From Camelus ferus (lineage: Eukaryota), in contig NC_045697.1 in NCBI RefSeq assembly GCF_009834535.1, forward strand, positions 54,500,001 to 54,564,000: 64,000 bases of DNA, written 5' to 3'. The first letter of the stretch is position 1. Each line of letters begins with the position of its first letter. The notes beneath the pieces were generated by a model, which worked only from the letters and a program-made list of their open reading frames with translations, was not told the DNA's origin and made no database searches. Shown here one piece after another: positions 25,709-38,569 of this stretch. Position numbers and translations under genes: made by a program.

Positions 25709-25840
25709 AGGGCCAGTTTCATAGTCATATGAACTGTGCAGTTGCACTGGGTCCCATGCTTGGCTTAATGGTTCACTACCACTATTTTGAAATTCTTAAT
25801 TTATGAACGAGAGGCCCCACAAATTTTGTAGCCAATCCTA
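25709..25840. mobile_element. MER91-like hAT MITE
   Basis: CAGGGCCAGTTTCAT...TGTGCAGTTGCAC...GGCCCCACAAATTTTGTAGCCAATCCT. Confidence 0.5.
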
Positions 25841-26310
25841 ACTCTACAGTCTTTTAGTTGTAGTTCCTCACCTTGTTATCTTGCCCTCTGCCTTCTGCCT
25901 TTACAGTGGAATAAGACCTCTCAAGTCATCTGTTGCCTAATGGCCAGTTCCTATTGTCTCCCCTGAAATCCTCATCCATTTTCATCTGTCTAGAGCATCT
26001 GACATTGCTGGCAGGCCATACCTTTAAATTCCCTGTTTGGTTTCTATGACTCTATATGAATGTGGTTTTCTTATCTCTGAACTTGTTTGATAAACGTGCC
26101 TCAGGGTTTTTTCTCTAGAATGGGCCCATGTTCTATCCATCAGAATTTATTGGTACTCCCTTATTTCACAGATCAGTGATAAAATGATTTCCAAATGGAT
26201 AAATTTAAAATCTGAACTATAGTTCTACCTGGTTAGTATTACAAATCATATACGATTTTGTTTTGTTTTCTTTTGCTTTTCTTAATACAGCAGTGAAATG
26301 AAGAACATAC

Positions 26311-26407
26311 CAGGGGTTTCATCAGTTGAATATATAAATGGTCGTAAATTTCCTCGAGTCTCCTTCACAAAATAATCAATGACACTGAAAAGATTTGGGA
26401 GTGTTAC
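26311..26407 (-). CDS. STAP1: STAP1 coding exon 8 (SH2 C-terminal part)
   Basis: TACAG acceptor, GTATGT donor; 97 nt; [32 protein letters not shown]. Confidence 0.95.
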
Positions 26408-28333
26408 CTGTATAAAGAGAGTGAGAGAAGACTCGGTGTCACCTGTGTAAAGACAGAGTAAGAGAAAACTAAACTGAAAGTTAATGGAGATTACTGTGTA
26501 TTTCCTGATCTCCAGAAAATTGTGTCAGTTCCTCACTTCAGTGGGTTACTGAATGGCCAAGGTTTTGCCTACCCATGCATTTTATTTCTCCTTTATAGCC
26601 GTATCTAATTCCCTGTTGAGAAATTACACCTTTCGCATTGGATACATTTTGATGGACAATAATTAGATACCCTGCTATTTTCCTGTTATTACATGAGAAT
26701 GTGACTCAAGTTAGGCCAAAAAAACAAAAAACAAACAAACAAAAAAAAACCCTTCAAGAAATTTGAACTTGATAGAGAACCAAGAAAGGATAGCAGACTC
26801 CTAATCAGATGATACTTAGTATCAGTAAATACTTCCTAGTGTCTGAAGGCTTTCAAGCCTTTCAGTCATTCTTTGTGCTTCCTGTGTTCCTAAAATAAGT
26901 CCTTTTTTTTTTTTTTGCTTCAGTTAGCCATAATTGGTTTCTTCTGCTTGAAACAGAAGAATCCTTTAAAGCCAGCAAACTTAGCATTTTAATATCTCAT
27001 TGTAACAGGATAGTTTACTTGGCTAGGAGTAACTGAATTGTCTTGCTGCTCTGTAAACCAATATTTTTATGCAAGGAAAATCAGGTTAAACTTGAATATC
27101 CCTGGTAAACTTGAAGAGAAAAAAGAATTCACAAAATGACAACCCGGTTGGGGAGTATGAAAGGTAAAAGAGCAATCCAGGGTGTTAGCTTTCCTTACAC
27201 TGGGGGCTGTTGGGCTAATGACAGATGAATGAGCCCCAGTTCACCAGCTGCAGAGACAGTCTTCCCTGACCATTGCTTCCAGTCACTTGGTTATTTGGAT
27301 TATCCTTCTGCATTCTAATTCTGTTTCCTTCATTAGAATTTATGGAAAAGCCCATTCAGGCATGGACATGAGAACTAAAAAGCTCTAGGAAACATGGCAG
27401 AGACCTAAGTGGGGTATATGAAGTAGCAGCTGTCTGGCTCTTGGCAAAGGTCACACTGCACTCTGAGGGTTATAGTCAGAACATAAGAAATTCAACACTA
27501 CACTCCCTTTCTCTGACCAACACAGTGGGCCTGGGGAGGCAGAGGCACTAGGAGCTCAGTTTTAGAGAAGATACCATGAATATCTTCAAGATCCATTGCT
27601 TCCATTTAAATGGTGTCACTTCCCTGGCCCTATCTTCCCACCACTGCAGCCTAAGATCACAGAGCTATATTCCCTTTCCCTAGAATACAGACCACTGTAA
27701 ATACCAGTTTTTCCACTGTGTAATAGGTGTTACCTCAGGGTAATGATAAAAATTAAATTAGATGGTGTAAAGTATTTAGCTCTGTGCCTAACAGTATGCA
27801 GTGGTTATGATATTTTATCATTAGCCCTATGATAAGTTGGTTGGGATAGGAAAGGGGTTGAAGATGAGGAAGAAATTCTTTCTTCACTATTTTGTCACTA
27901 TTAAGAGGGGAATTTCTGAACAACTGCATAGTGTGATACATAATACAACTGCTGTATTAGAGGACTAGGCATTCAAAGATTTTTTCCCATTAGAGATAAA
28001 CACATTGAAATATTACTTCTACTTGGAGGATGTAAAACAGATACTTAACAGAAATATTTTTCTCTCTCTGAGGCAACTGTTTGATGAAGATTTTCAGAGA
28101 AGTGGAAAGAATTGTTAGCAAATTATCTTCTACTCTGCCTCATTCACCTGCTGTCGCATCGCATTTCTCACCCTGTATGTCTGCCACCTTCGGGGCCTCC
28201 TAACGTGGCTGTTTTTGCCAACACTATTTTCTTAGGTAAGGAATATGCGTTTCCACCTTACTTTGTATTCTATAAGATAGTTTTGGGAGGAAGCAGGAGA
28301 AAATTAATCAACAATAAGGAAATAGCTACTTAC

Positions 28334-28403
28334 AGGTTTTTCCAATTCAATAGTGTAGTTTTGTCCTACACTCATCACTTTGTAGTGCTTGATTCTTGGA
28401 AGG
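28334..28403 (-). CDS. STAP1: STAP1 coding exon 7 (SH2)
   Basis: TTTTAG acceptor, GTAAGT donor; 70 nt; (D)[23 protein letters not shown]. Confidence 0.95.
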
Positions 28404-28529
28404 CTAAAATGAAAAGAAAAAAAAAAGGTTCATCTCCATTTGAGTATACTATTGGGTGAATCAAACTAAAGTGATTATAAAATATCACCTGTATAGTAAA
28501 ACTATACTCCCATGATTTCAGTTTGGCAA

Positions 28530-28558
28530 AACACACACACAAACACACACACACACAC
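28530..28558. repeat. Interrupted (CA)n microsatellite
   Basis: Seen directly. Confidence 0.85.
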
Positions 28559-29919
28559 GTTTTTTGTTTGTTTTACTATTTACTTTTTTCCTATGTCTCT
28601 TTTTATAGGGTTATACACTAGGGATATAGGAAACCTGGGTCACTGAGTAGATGAATGAGAAGAATAACAGATGAAAAAAGAAACCAAGAACTAAAATCTT
28701 TCAGGCAGAAACTATTTTTTAAATGCTAGTAATTTACAAAGTAGACAATATAAAATCCTATGTAGGTATATAAAAATCAAATATATATTCTCTATATTAA
28801 AAGGGAAGTAGAAAGAAATTCTGAAAGCAAATTACTTTCTTCTTCACCTCATCAATATTCCCATCAGAATGCCCTCAATGGCTGTTCTTCCTGCTAGCCA
28901 TATACCACCCTGGATATCTTCTAACTTCAGGGATGCTTTAGAGATATGGAAAATGGTAGGTGTTAGGTACTAAATGAACACACAGGTGAGAATGTAAGTA
29001 CAGTAAATGAATCCTAATGTATTCCTCTTCTGTAGTCACATGGCACTCTAAAGTATTACCATCCTAAATGCATAGTACTTTATTGACTATAACTGCTTTA
29101 GAACAAAATATATTCTATTCACTTTTGTACTCCAGCATTGGGCACACAATAAATATTTATGAAATTGAACTTTCAGAATATTGGGAACCCATCTCACAGT
29201 GCTATTTGCTAGAACTAATTTATACTGAGAGCAGTTGGTATGTTTGCCTTAAATTTCCTTGATTCATACAGCAACAGTATCAGGACCAAGACTTTCTAAT
29301 GTTGAAAAATTAACGGCATTTATTACGCTTTTATTTGCTTGAAAAACAAACTAATTCAACATCTGTCCAATTTACAGAAGCTGCCTAAGCAAAATTGTCT
29401 GTGAGGTAAAGTTTGTCTACAGGGCTTCCCGTGTTCTTTTTCATCACTCTTGCCATTTCCAGATTACATTCCTCTAGGACAGAACTACAATTCTGTTTAA
29501 GGACTCTCTTATCTAATGTAATATCCAAATCTCTTAGTAGGACAGCATGTTGGAAAACAGCTAATAATTTTTTCCAATGGCTTTCTTATTCTAGAGCTTC
29601 ACTCTCAAAACATAGGATAAAACCTAACCAACTCTCTTCCTTTCTTTAAAAAAAAAAAAAAAAGAGAAAAAAGGTACCCCTTAATTGTAAGCCTTCAGGA
29701 ATCAGTCACAGACTGGTGAAGGAAACTTTGGGACATAAGAGATCTTACAAGTACCCTCTTCTGGGTTGATTGGCTCTGGCTTATCTTTATCCCTATGTGA
29801 AAAGAGCTTTATAATCATACAGTTACCTTTGAAAATTCTCACCAATTCCAATTAGAATTCTTATACTTCTATGAAATAAGTGATTATTTTTCCTTGGAAG
29901 ACTGATAGAAAGCTTGAAA

Positions 29920-30110
29920 GGTATGGCCTCTATAACCAGAAAGATCTAGGTTCAAATTCTAATTCTGTTATTTGAACTCTCTGAGCATTCATGTCTTCAT
30001 CTATAAAATGGAGATGGTAAAGCCTTTCTCACAGGGCTATTGTGAATTAATGTTTGAAAAGTCCTTAGTAAAATGTCTGTCATATATAGACCCTCAGTAA
30101 TTTATAACTA
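29920..30110 (+). mobile_element. MIR
   Basis: GGTTCAAATTCT...TCTCTGAGC...CTTCATCTATAAAATGGAGATGGTAA core. Confidence 0.7.
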
Positions 30111-33100
30111 CTTTTTAATAGTTTTCAAATGTATTGTTTTTATCTTAGTAGCTTCTGTAAACCTCAGCCTCTTCACTTGTAAAACATGGAAAATACTGTT
30201 TTAGTTTTTAATTGTGTCTGAAAGAAATGTTTGTCAGGCACTCAACAGAGTGCACACAAATGTACCCCATAAGTGTGGACAATGAGTTGTTAGTAGCAGC
30301 CATCATATCATCATCATCATTCATGGTAAAGCTGTGGGAGGAAAAGCAGCAAAAGTTAACAGGCTCTCTTGGAACTTTGATTAACAGGACTAAGTTCTGA
30401 GGCAGAAAGTAAGGTAGAAAAAAATTCCATTGAAGTCACTTAAATTTTGACTCTCTGTAAAAACCTGTGTTTTGCTTTCATATTTTGTTTTTCCAAAGGA
30501 ATGAAGAGGGGAATAAAAACTTAGATTGATAACATTTGTTATATTGAGGTTTCCTGACTATGACCTCAAAAAAGAAGTAACTTATCTTTTTAAAAAAAAC
30601 TGTGGCCTTAAATGTGGTTATAAATACTGTTCTTAGCTTCTGACCCCAATTTTTGCAGAGGAATGAATTTGGGGTCAGTATTTTCTATTGCTTTCTTGGC
30701 TAATGGCTTTCCACAGTGTTTGTTCTTCTAGCTTACACTGTACTCATAACAATTTTAAGAAAGCAAAACCACATTATGAAGTTTGTTGTAAGAATAGCTT
30801 TATGTCTTATGAATTCATGCACCACTGGGCTGGGTAAAGTTGGATGACATTTTGCATCATGAGAGGAGCTACCTGATAATTTGACATTGAATGACTTTTG
30901 CCTCTTCCTGAAAACTGTGATCTTCCCTCCCACAGTTGACTTGTTAACAGATGGAGATAACTTTACTTTCAAGTACTGCTTTGTAAACCAACTTGTCCTT
31001 TTCAGCTAGTGTTTTACCAGACACACTGGTCTAAACTTGCATGGCTGAACATTTCTCCTACAACCTGGAAAAGAATGACTTGGTTTTGTGGGTAGCACTG
31101 ATAGTCTAGATTTCTGCCAAAGTCTTTACATTAAGTGCTACAGTCTAACAAGCTTAATTTCCTCTGCTCTCTACAATTCCTATTCTTCAAAATTAAGTGA
31201 CCTGTTAAATAGAGGATATTAAATTCAGGCATTCTAAAAGACCTATGTTGAGGCATTAAAGAACATATATAACAATCTGTAACATCATAGATATATCTGG
31301 CTCATAAGGAATATTTGTGCAAAACCAGTTAAAATTTTTCTCAGCCACTTTCAGGTATAAATTATTCCCCCAAGCCTAAATAAGCACATATTCCAGTGTT
31401 AGAATGCTCTAGTTTGACCATTCTGTCACTCATTGCTTCCTAAATAAAAACTTTTGGTGGGGGGAATGGTCAGTTTTATGAAGTGTTATGCATTTTTGTG
31501 ACCATCAGCTGTACAAAAGCATGAATTTCTATGAATTTAAACTGGAAATGTGTTTTCTAAAATTAGAATTATGTAACTTTGATATGAACTCCTTTGCCAG
31601 ACTCTTATGAGATTAAATATAACTTAAACACAATACAAATAAAACTATGATGTTAAATTCATATTCTAAATATAGACACTCATTGCATTTGGTCACAACT
31701 CACATTTGCAGCAAAAGTTATTTATCATAGCTCACTTGTACGGAAAATGCAAATCATAAGTTGGACTAATTTAGAACACGTTAAAATAGATCTTGCTGCT
31801 ATTGTGCAGGAAATATATAAAGACTGTATATTTAGTCTTAAAAGAGCTGTTAGATCTCATGAATTTGTTCGTTTCATGCAGAACAATAAGCACAGAGTTC
31901 ACATGCAAATAGATCGCTCAATCCAACCAAGAAAAGAACAGTATGAAGGAAAAAAGTTAATCACTTTTTTGTGTATCTAATTTAACTTTCAAGCAGTTAG
32001 ATTTCTTTTTAAAAATCTGCAAGATAAATTCTAACTCAGTTTTACATACTTTTATTTTTAAAGGTGGAAGTAAGCAGTTAAAAGCATTTTATATTTTAAG
32101 TGATATTCAGTATCCTAAACCCTGAAAAAAGACAAGCTCCTTGACCAGGCTATACTAAAAAGAAAAATTCACTTTTCTCCCAGTTCTTCTAAGCTCACTG
32201 ATATTTAATGGCAGTCATAACTTTTATTTCTTTTGGATTTGTTTCAAGATAGCCAGTTAAATTAAAATTCAAGTTAAAAGTGAGTAATCCATGATATTCT
32301 ACCGTATTAGTTGAAAATCCAATATAGCAAATATTAGTCTATAATAAACAGAAAATAATGAAACCACAAGATAGTTGACATAGATATTCACTGTGGAAAA
32401 ATACACACACACACACCCATAGATACTCTTACTTCATACACAGAACCAGGATTTGATTTACCATCTAACATTCTTGCCATCTATTCAGTGCACATGGCTA
32501 GTGTATAAAGACAAGTCTTAGTTTATATGAAGTAGTTGGCAAGTGAATGAAGCTTATTGGGCTGTGGCTTATACTAGCATTGCAGCCATATGCCATAATT
32601 TTAATTTTGCCCTGTAATGATTATTTTCTTTTTACTGTCTTTATTCACTTGTCAGTTTCTTCATATTTAATATGTTTAGAATTATTGATATTTACATATG
32701 GATCAGTAGAGAGATTCATTGATAGATATGGCCAAAAAAAACCCATAAAAAAAAACCCCAGAATATTATCCCCAGAAAGAAAGAAAGAAAGAATAGCAAA
32801 TTCAAGAATCAAACTTCTGTTTAAGCTCTTTTATGAAAAATAATCATGTACTGAATATTTCCATTTAGGACAAAAACTCTATATTTTAATTATATTATCA
32901 GTTGTAAAAATGTTAAGTAAGGCAGAGTCCCTACTGAAATGCAAGTTTTTATAGACTCTGAGAGCTGGCATGGACTTTAAAAAATACAATGACCCTTACT
33001 ATACAGAAAAATCAACTTTTGCATGTAAATGTTACTGACTTTATCAAAGGTAAACCATTTCACTAGAAAGGAATTCTTAACTTTGACAAAAGACTCCTAA

Positions 33101-33129
33101 GTGATTCTTTTTATGGTTAAGTCAGAGTA

Positions 33130-33905
33130 TGTCACTTCTTTATTCATCACAGTCCAGGGGCCTCTCATGTCCTTCAGAGCATAACCCTTTTCTCCACAAT
33201 AAGCTGAATGGCTTAGAGCCATCAGCCCCTACATCACCTCTGGAATCTCATCTACCTCTTTCTCCTTGCTCAGTCCACTGCATCTTCTTGTTTTTGAACA
33301 ATCCAAGCCTTCTCCTACCTCTAGGCATCTATGATTCTTGCCTGGAATGCTCTTATCCTAAATATTTACACGCTATATTCTCTAACTTCCTTGAGGTCTC
33401 TGCTTAAGTGTAGGTTAATAAAGTAGGCCTTCCTTGACCACCCTGTATTAAAACAACAACAGCAACCAGAAACACTTTCTCTCTGTATCACCTCTGAGAG
33501 TTCTCCTCTCTCCCATCCTGCTTTATTTTACTTCCATAAAACTTATTATCATATCCATATTTTTAGTTATGTATTTTTTTATGGTCTATGTCTCCCTACA
33601 AAAATGTAGACTCTTGGGGGAAGGTATAACTCAATGGTAGAGTACATGCTTAGCATGCACAAGGTCCTGGGTCTGATTCCCAGTACTTCCATTAAATAAA
33701 TGAATAAATGAATGAATGAATGAATGAATGAATAAATAAATAAATAAATAATAAAAAATTAATATCCCCCTCCCCAAACAAACAAAAAAAATTTTTTTAA
33801 AGAATGTAGACACTATACACCAGGGATATTACTTTGTTTGCTCATGTACATCTACCTCAAATATTACTTGGCTCAATAAACATTTGTTGAAATGAGTGAA
33901 TGAAC
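33130..33905 (+). mobile_element. L2 3' fragment interrupted by a SINE
   Basis: GCCTGGAATGCTCTT, GGCCTTCCTTGACCACCCT and CTCAATAAACATTTGTTGAAATGAGTGAATGAA end. Confidence 0.7.
33616..33802 (+). mobile_element. tRNA-derived SINE (camelid vic-1-like)
   Basis: A box TAACTCAATGG, degenerate B box, (ATGA)n(ATAA)n middle, C-rich plus A tail; AATGTAGAC direct repeat on both sides. Confidence 0.85.
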
Positions 33906-34140
33906 AACAGAACTATATCCAGAACCAAAGTAATTTGCTCATTTTTCTTCTTCCCTACTACAAATATTAACCCTGTCTTTAGCACTGTTTGTATAACATT
34001 CCCTCCTCATTCTTATATTCACATTTTTAGCCCCAACAAAACACAGAACAGGTGCTGATATGACTTGTGTGACTTTGCTTTCTAAAGTGATACCATGCTT
34101 TTAATAATTCCATGCTTTTTTTTTTTTTAATTAAACGTAC

Positions 34141-34269
34141 TCTATCTCCTGCCGGATGGTGATGGAATAGTTTCTACTGTCACTACCAGGCCTCAGGATC
34201 ATATTTCCCAAGGAAGGATTCTTCTCAAGCATCTCAGTTGCTTCCTTCCGGGACACTGCATAAAAACAT
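34141..34269 (-). CDS. STAP1: STAP1 coding exon 6 (SH2 N-terminal part)
   Basis: GTAG acceptor, GTACGT donor; 129 nt; [42 protein letters not shown]. Confidence 0.95.
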
Positions 34270-35738
34270 CTACAGAGGTGAGATAAAAAACAGATTTTTT
34301 TTAACTGCTGAAGATCATTACCTGAAAAAAATGGTACTGAAATAACTCTAAGAGCTGCAGTTATTAAATTTTCTTAAATTTCCCAGCTTTATTATTACAA
34401 TGACAGTGATATAATTACTATTATTACAAGCCTGTGCCACAGTGAGTATGCTTATACTTAAGGCCCTCTTTCCCTCATCCCTCCAAAGCCTCTTTCTCTT
34501 TAAACAAGAAAGACCTGAAAAGTTATCACCTGAAAAGTATATATTTACCATTACCACTTGAAAATCTAAGATAAGGATTAACAATATATCCCCAGACTCA
34601 GTCTATAATAAGCTCTTGGATAAATAATATTTATTGGTGGTTTCTTTTCAGAAATACAAAAAATCTCTAGACATGCTTCTTGTATGGTCTCTGTCTTAAA
34701 TAATTTATATTTGAGGGTATGTCTGAATTCACCCCTTTTGGTATAATATGACTTTCTAATGGCATTGGTGGCATTTTTAATGTGTAAAACTGTTAAAGTG
34801 CTTCTCATTTTTTTCAACTTATTTCTATAGTAAATATTGTGGTCAATGAAAAGCCTGTTTTTTCAACAGAAAAAAAAATTTGGCAGGATATGCAATACAC
34901 CAAGGATGTTGAAAGAGAATATCTCTGGTGAGACAAAGGCTGATTTTAATCTTCTTTTTATTTAACTGTAATAAACATGTATTGTTTGTCTTATTGAGTA
35001 AAAAGAAAAAGAAGCAGTCTGTGTGAATTTTAACCTATCAGTCCATCAGCTGTCACAAGTTTCAGCTAAGAGAGATGATTGGCAGTTTTCAGTGAGTGTG
35101 GTACAGGTAGAATACGCATCAGAACCTGATGTCAAAAATGATACCAGGACAAGTTTCACTGACAAGAAGACCAAGATTCCAGGGTTCACACTCTTAGCCA
35201 CACTTTTCAGCAATATAAGGGTTAAAAGACAAATGTAGGATGTTACTGACTTCAGCATGTTCTGTGCCTCTTCTTTCCCAACACCTTACACACTTGACAC
35301 AGTGACTTCCTCAAAGTACAAGCTCAAAACTACTCACTGACTGATCAATTGAATAAAACTTTCAGGTATGTTAAGTCTTCTGTATAATTTCCTGTTAGAA
35401 AATCAGTCAATCATAGAGTTGCATGGTGAAAAAAACATCCTTTTCCTTCCTTCTGCACAGAAGTTTTTATTTAGGTTTGTTCTTTGGAAAAAAATATCTA
35501 TTTAGTCTAAAGGTGTGGGGGGAAGGGGATTTCCTTTGTGGTAAGAGGCTTGGTTCAAATCTGCATTTTGTTGATATGACTTAGAAGAGGAAATATAGCA
35601 TGTACGCAGAGATACACTGTGTGTCCACAAGGCAGCTTATTGTCCTTGCTTTAATGAGTCCAATGACTAGCTCTCTTTGATAATTAGAAAATAATTTTAG
35701 TAATCTAATAAGTAAACTGGAGTTTGTGGTGCACTTAC

Positions 35739-35911
35739 GCTGGCATAGGGTTCAGTACATCCACATAATCTTCAATTGGCTCCTTCTCTTTTTCCAGGGA
35801 TGAACACGGTAACTGTTCTGTCTCAGTCCTCCTTTTCTTTTCTCTCTCTAGGACTTCATGCAGTCTAATTACTTGCCCAGGAAGGAGTGACACATGTAGG
35901 GGAACTGACAG
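35739..35911 (-). CDS. STAP1: STAP1 coding exon 5 (linker with EDYVDV tyrosine motif)
   Basis: TTTCAG acceptor, GTAAGT donor; 173 nt; [57 protein letters not shown](A). Confidence 0.96.
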
Positions 35912-36929
35912 CTGAAACCAATTAAAGCAGTAGGCAAACAAGAAAGACAGCAGAATAACTAACTGATTTTAGCAACGATGAGCCTGTTCTAGTCCTAAGG
36001 AGCTTCAGTTACTTGACAGAAATAGGTGGATAGGATCATGAATAGAAAATCTTAGTGTCTTAGAATTAAGTTGCTTCTTAACCAATTAGAACCTGCACAG
36101 GATACCTGATCTTCCAAGAAATTCTCCTTTTGGGCCCAAAGCAAAGTATGCCCACCTGGCACCATAAGCTGATTCAAGTAACAACAAACCTCTCATTTTT
36201 CACTCTGAGCTCACAAGATCTCACTGTCAGGGAAGTGCTAGCGCACCTGCAAGTTGTCCCACAGGTAACCTGGAACGAGCTCCACCAACCATATGGCAAC
36301 ATGGGGTTGAGATGGAACCAGTTATTAGATGACTGAGAGTCAGCAACAGATGGTCTATATTTTGGTATGTTTGTGTTTCTATTTTGAATTTTCACTCACA
36401 CATTAGGTTTTTTAGAAAGTCTTTTCTAGAGTGTGCTTGGATTTAGTCTCCTAGGTTTTCATACCTCTCATTGAGACCTCATTATGACCAGCTATGTACT
36501 CTTTGAAGTTATAATCTGAATAGTAGAATATTTTTCTTTATGTGGCAATACCTAGCCTATATTTTGAGCCAGCCATGTCTGATTGTCATCTTGATCTCTA
36601 GAGTGGGGTCCATGCCTTCCAGGGGGTGTGTAAGAAAGTCCTTTGGAGTGTGGGATGAAAATACTAGAACTTCATTTTCCATTTATATATTATGTTGTTA
36701 ATTCCTATTTTTGATTATATTTTAAACATATATGTGTATATATACAAATATATATATGAAATTTGAAATAAAAACTTATTAATAAGGGTACATAATCAAA
36801 AATATTTAGAGAAGATTCTTCTGGATAATTAAGCTACTAATAATCAATAAGACTATTCCCTTTTATACTAATGCAGAAAAAATAATAGACTGAGGAAAAA
36901 CTAGTGAAACTGCTATTCCTTATTAATTG

Positions 36930-37130
36930 CTTATTATGTCCCAAGCTTTGAGCTATTGCAAATCCTCACAGCAATGCTACAAGATAGGTATTGTTATCCC
37001 TACTTTACAAAGGAAAATGACAGACTCAGAAAGATTAAATAACTAGTCCAGGGTCAGATAGCTAGAAAGTTGTGGAACCAGGACTCAAACTCCAATTTAA
37101 TTAATTCAAAAGCAACCTCTCTGCACTTTC
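36930..37130 (-). mobile_element. MIR
   Basis: AATCCTCACAGCAA...TTATCCCTACTTTACA...CAGACTCAGAAAGATTAAATAACT...GGACTCAAACTC. Confidence 0.75.
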
Positions 37131-38512
37131 AACTATAGTCTGTGTTTCTCAGACTTCTACTAAAGTTCTCCTAACAACAGCATGGTATGAATGTATATAA
37201 CAGAGTGACCTGGGAACATAGTAAAAACAACATTTATAGAGCACAATATTTGAGGTAACTTGTCATCTTTTGAAAATTCATGTGAATTTTATTTTAATTC
37301 TTTAATATGCCTATGTACATTTTAACTTAAAAAAATAGTGCTTTTAACCTTACCTCAAGGAAAAAAACTAAAAACAAAATTTTGGGGCCAAAATGTCAAG
37401 CATAATTAGTGTTCCAGGAAGAGGCACCCCATGTTTTTTCCAGTGGTTTTAGTGTACTCCTTGACACCTATACTTGTACCCCAGTATAAGAAGTGCGAGG
37501 CCACACACCAATGCCTTTCCACAACAGAGGGAGGAAATACAGTTCCCCAAAGAGTTTCTCTCTCCCCGCAAATCAATATATCTTTCACATACCTAACTGG
37601 TCCACTCTTCTAGCTTCCTATGACTTTCCTACATGGTAGTTGAACTTCCAACTTTTACTGGCTTTTGTCTAAGACAAAGGACCAGCATCCAACATCTTGG
37701 TAAAGTGCAGTGCTTATTTTATTGTGACTGCAAAGGCTTTGCTTAGAAACTAGCTTTGGATAAAGTCTGTATTTAACTGACCCTAACAAACATAGGACGC
37801 TTTCATATCCCCTAAGAGTATTAGAAAATACGTTGCTCTTTGGGGAGCTGGTTATCAAAGTACCTCATCTTTCTTAGACAGTTGCTACTGTGGCTTTATT
37901 TAAAATAATGGTAATTATTTTGCCAACAGTTAACTCTAAGCAGTAGATCTTACTATTTGTCTCAGATAAGATGCCACAGAGTTGAACAGATAAGCATCCC
38001 TTTCTCTTAAGACTCGCTAAACAAATGTTGAAAGATGACTTTTCATTTTGATGGTCTCTCCCTGTTATATTGTCTATGTAATTCATAAAATCTATCTCAG
38101 TTAGCATTTTATACATATATATTATATGAATAAGAAAGGAACTGGGAAGTATTTTAGCAGATGCTATGTAAGCTACAAATATCATAATATACAAAGGACC
38201 ACTGTGTCAAAGGGATAAGATCAAAAGGTCTCCCTGACCACCTGTGATTTACTAGCTAGAATCATTCTCCTGTTGATTTTCTTCATAACAGTTATCACAA
38301 TTTTAAACTATCTTGTTTGTTCTCTTGTTTATTTTCTTTCCTCTTTCCACTCACCCAATAAAAATATAAATTTCATGAGTAAGTGTAAGGGTTTATATCT
38401 GTCCTTTTCAATTACTATAACTTCAGTCCCTTTCACTCTGGATGGTTCATAGTAGTTACTCAGTCAGTATTTGTTGAATAAATGAATTAATCAAAAATAA
38501 TGTCCTTCTTAC

Positions 38513-38569
38513 TTCTGTTACTGTGAGAATGAAACCTCTCCATTCTTCCCCACTTTCTGTGTTCTCTGT
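38513..38569 (-). CDS. STAP1: STAP1 coding exon 4 (end of PH domain)
   Basis: TTTAG acceptor, GTAAG donor; 57 nt; TENTESGEEWRGFILTVTE, including the conserved PH-helix Trp. Confidence 0.95.

Noticed and set aside
35735..35941. 68-aa ORF as a stand-alone gene
   Set aside because: It is STAP1 exon 5 plus intronic sequence
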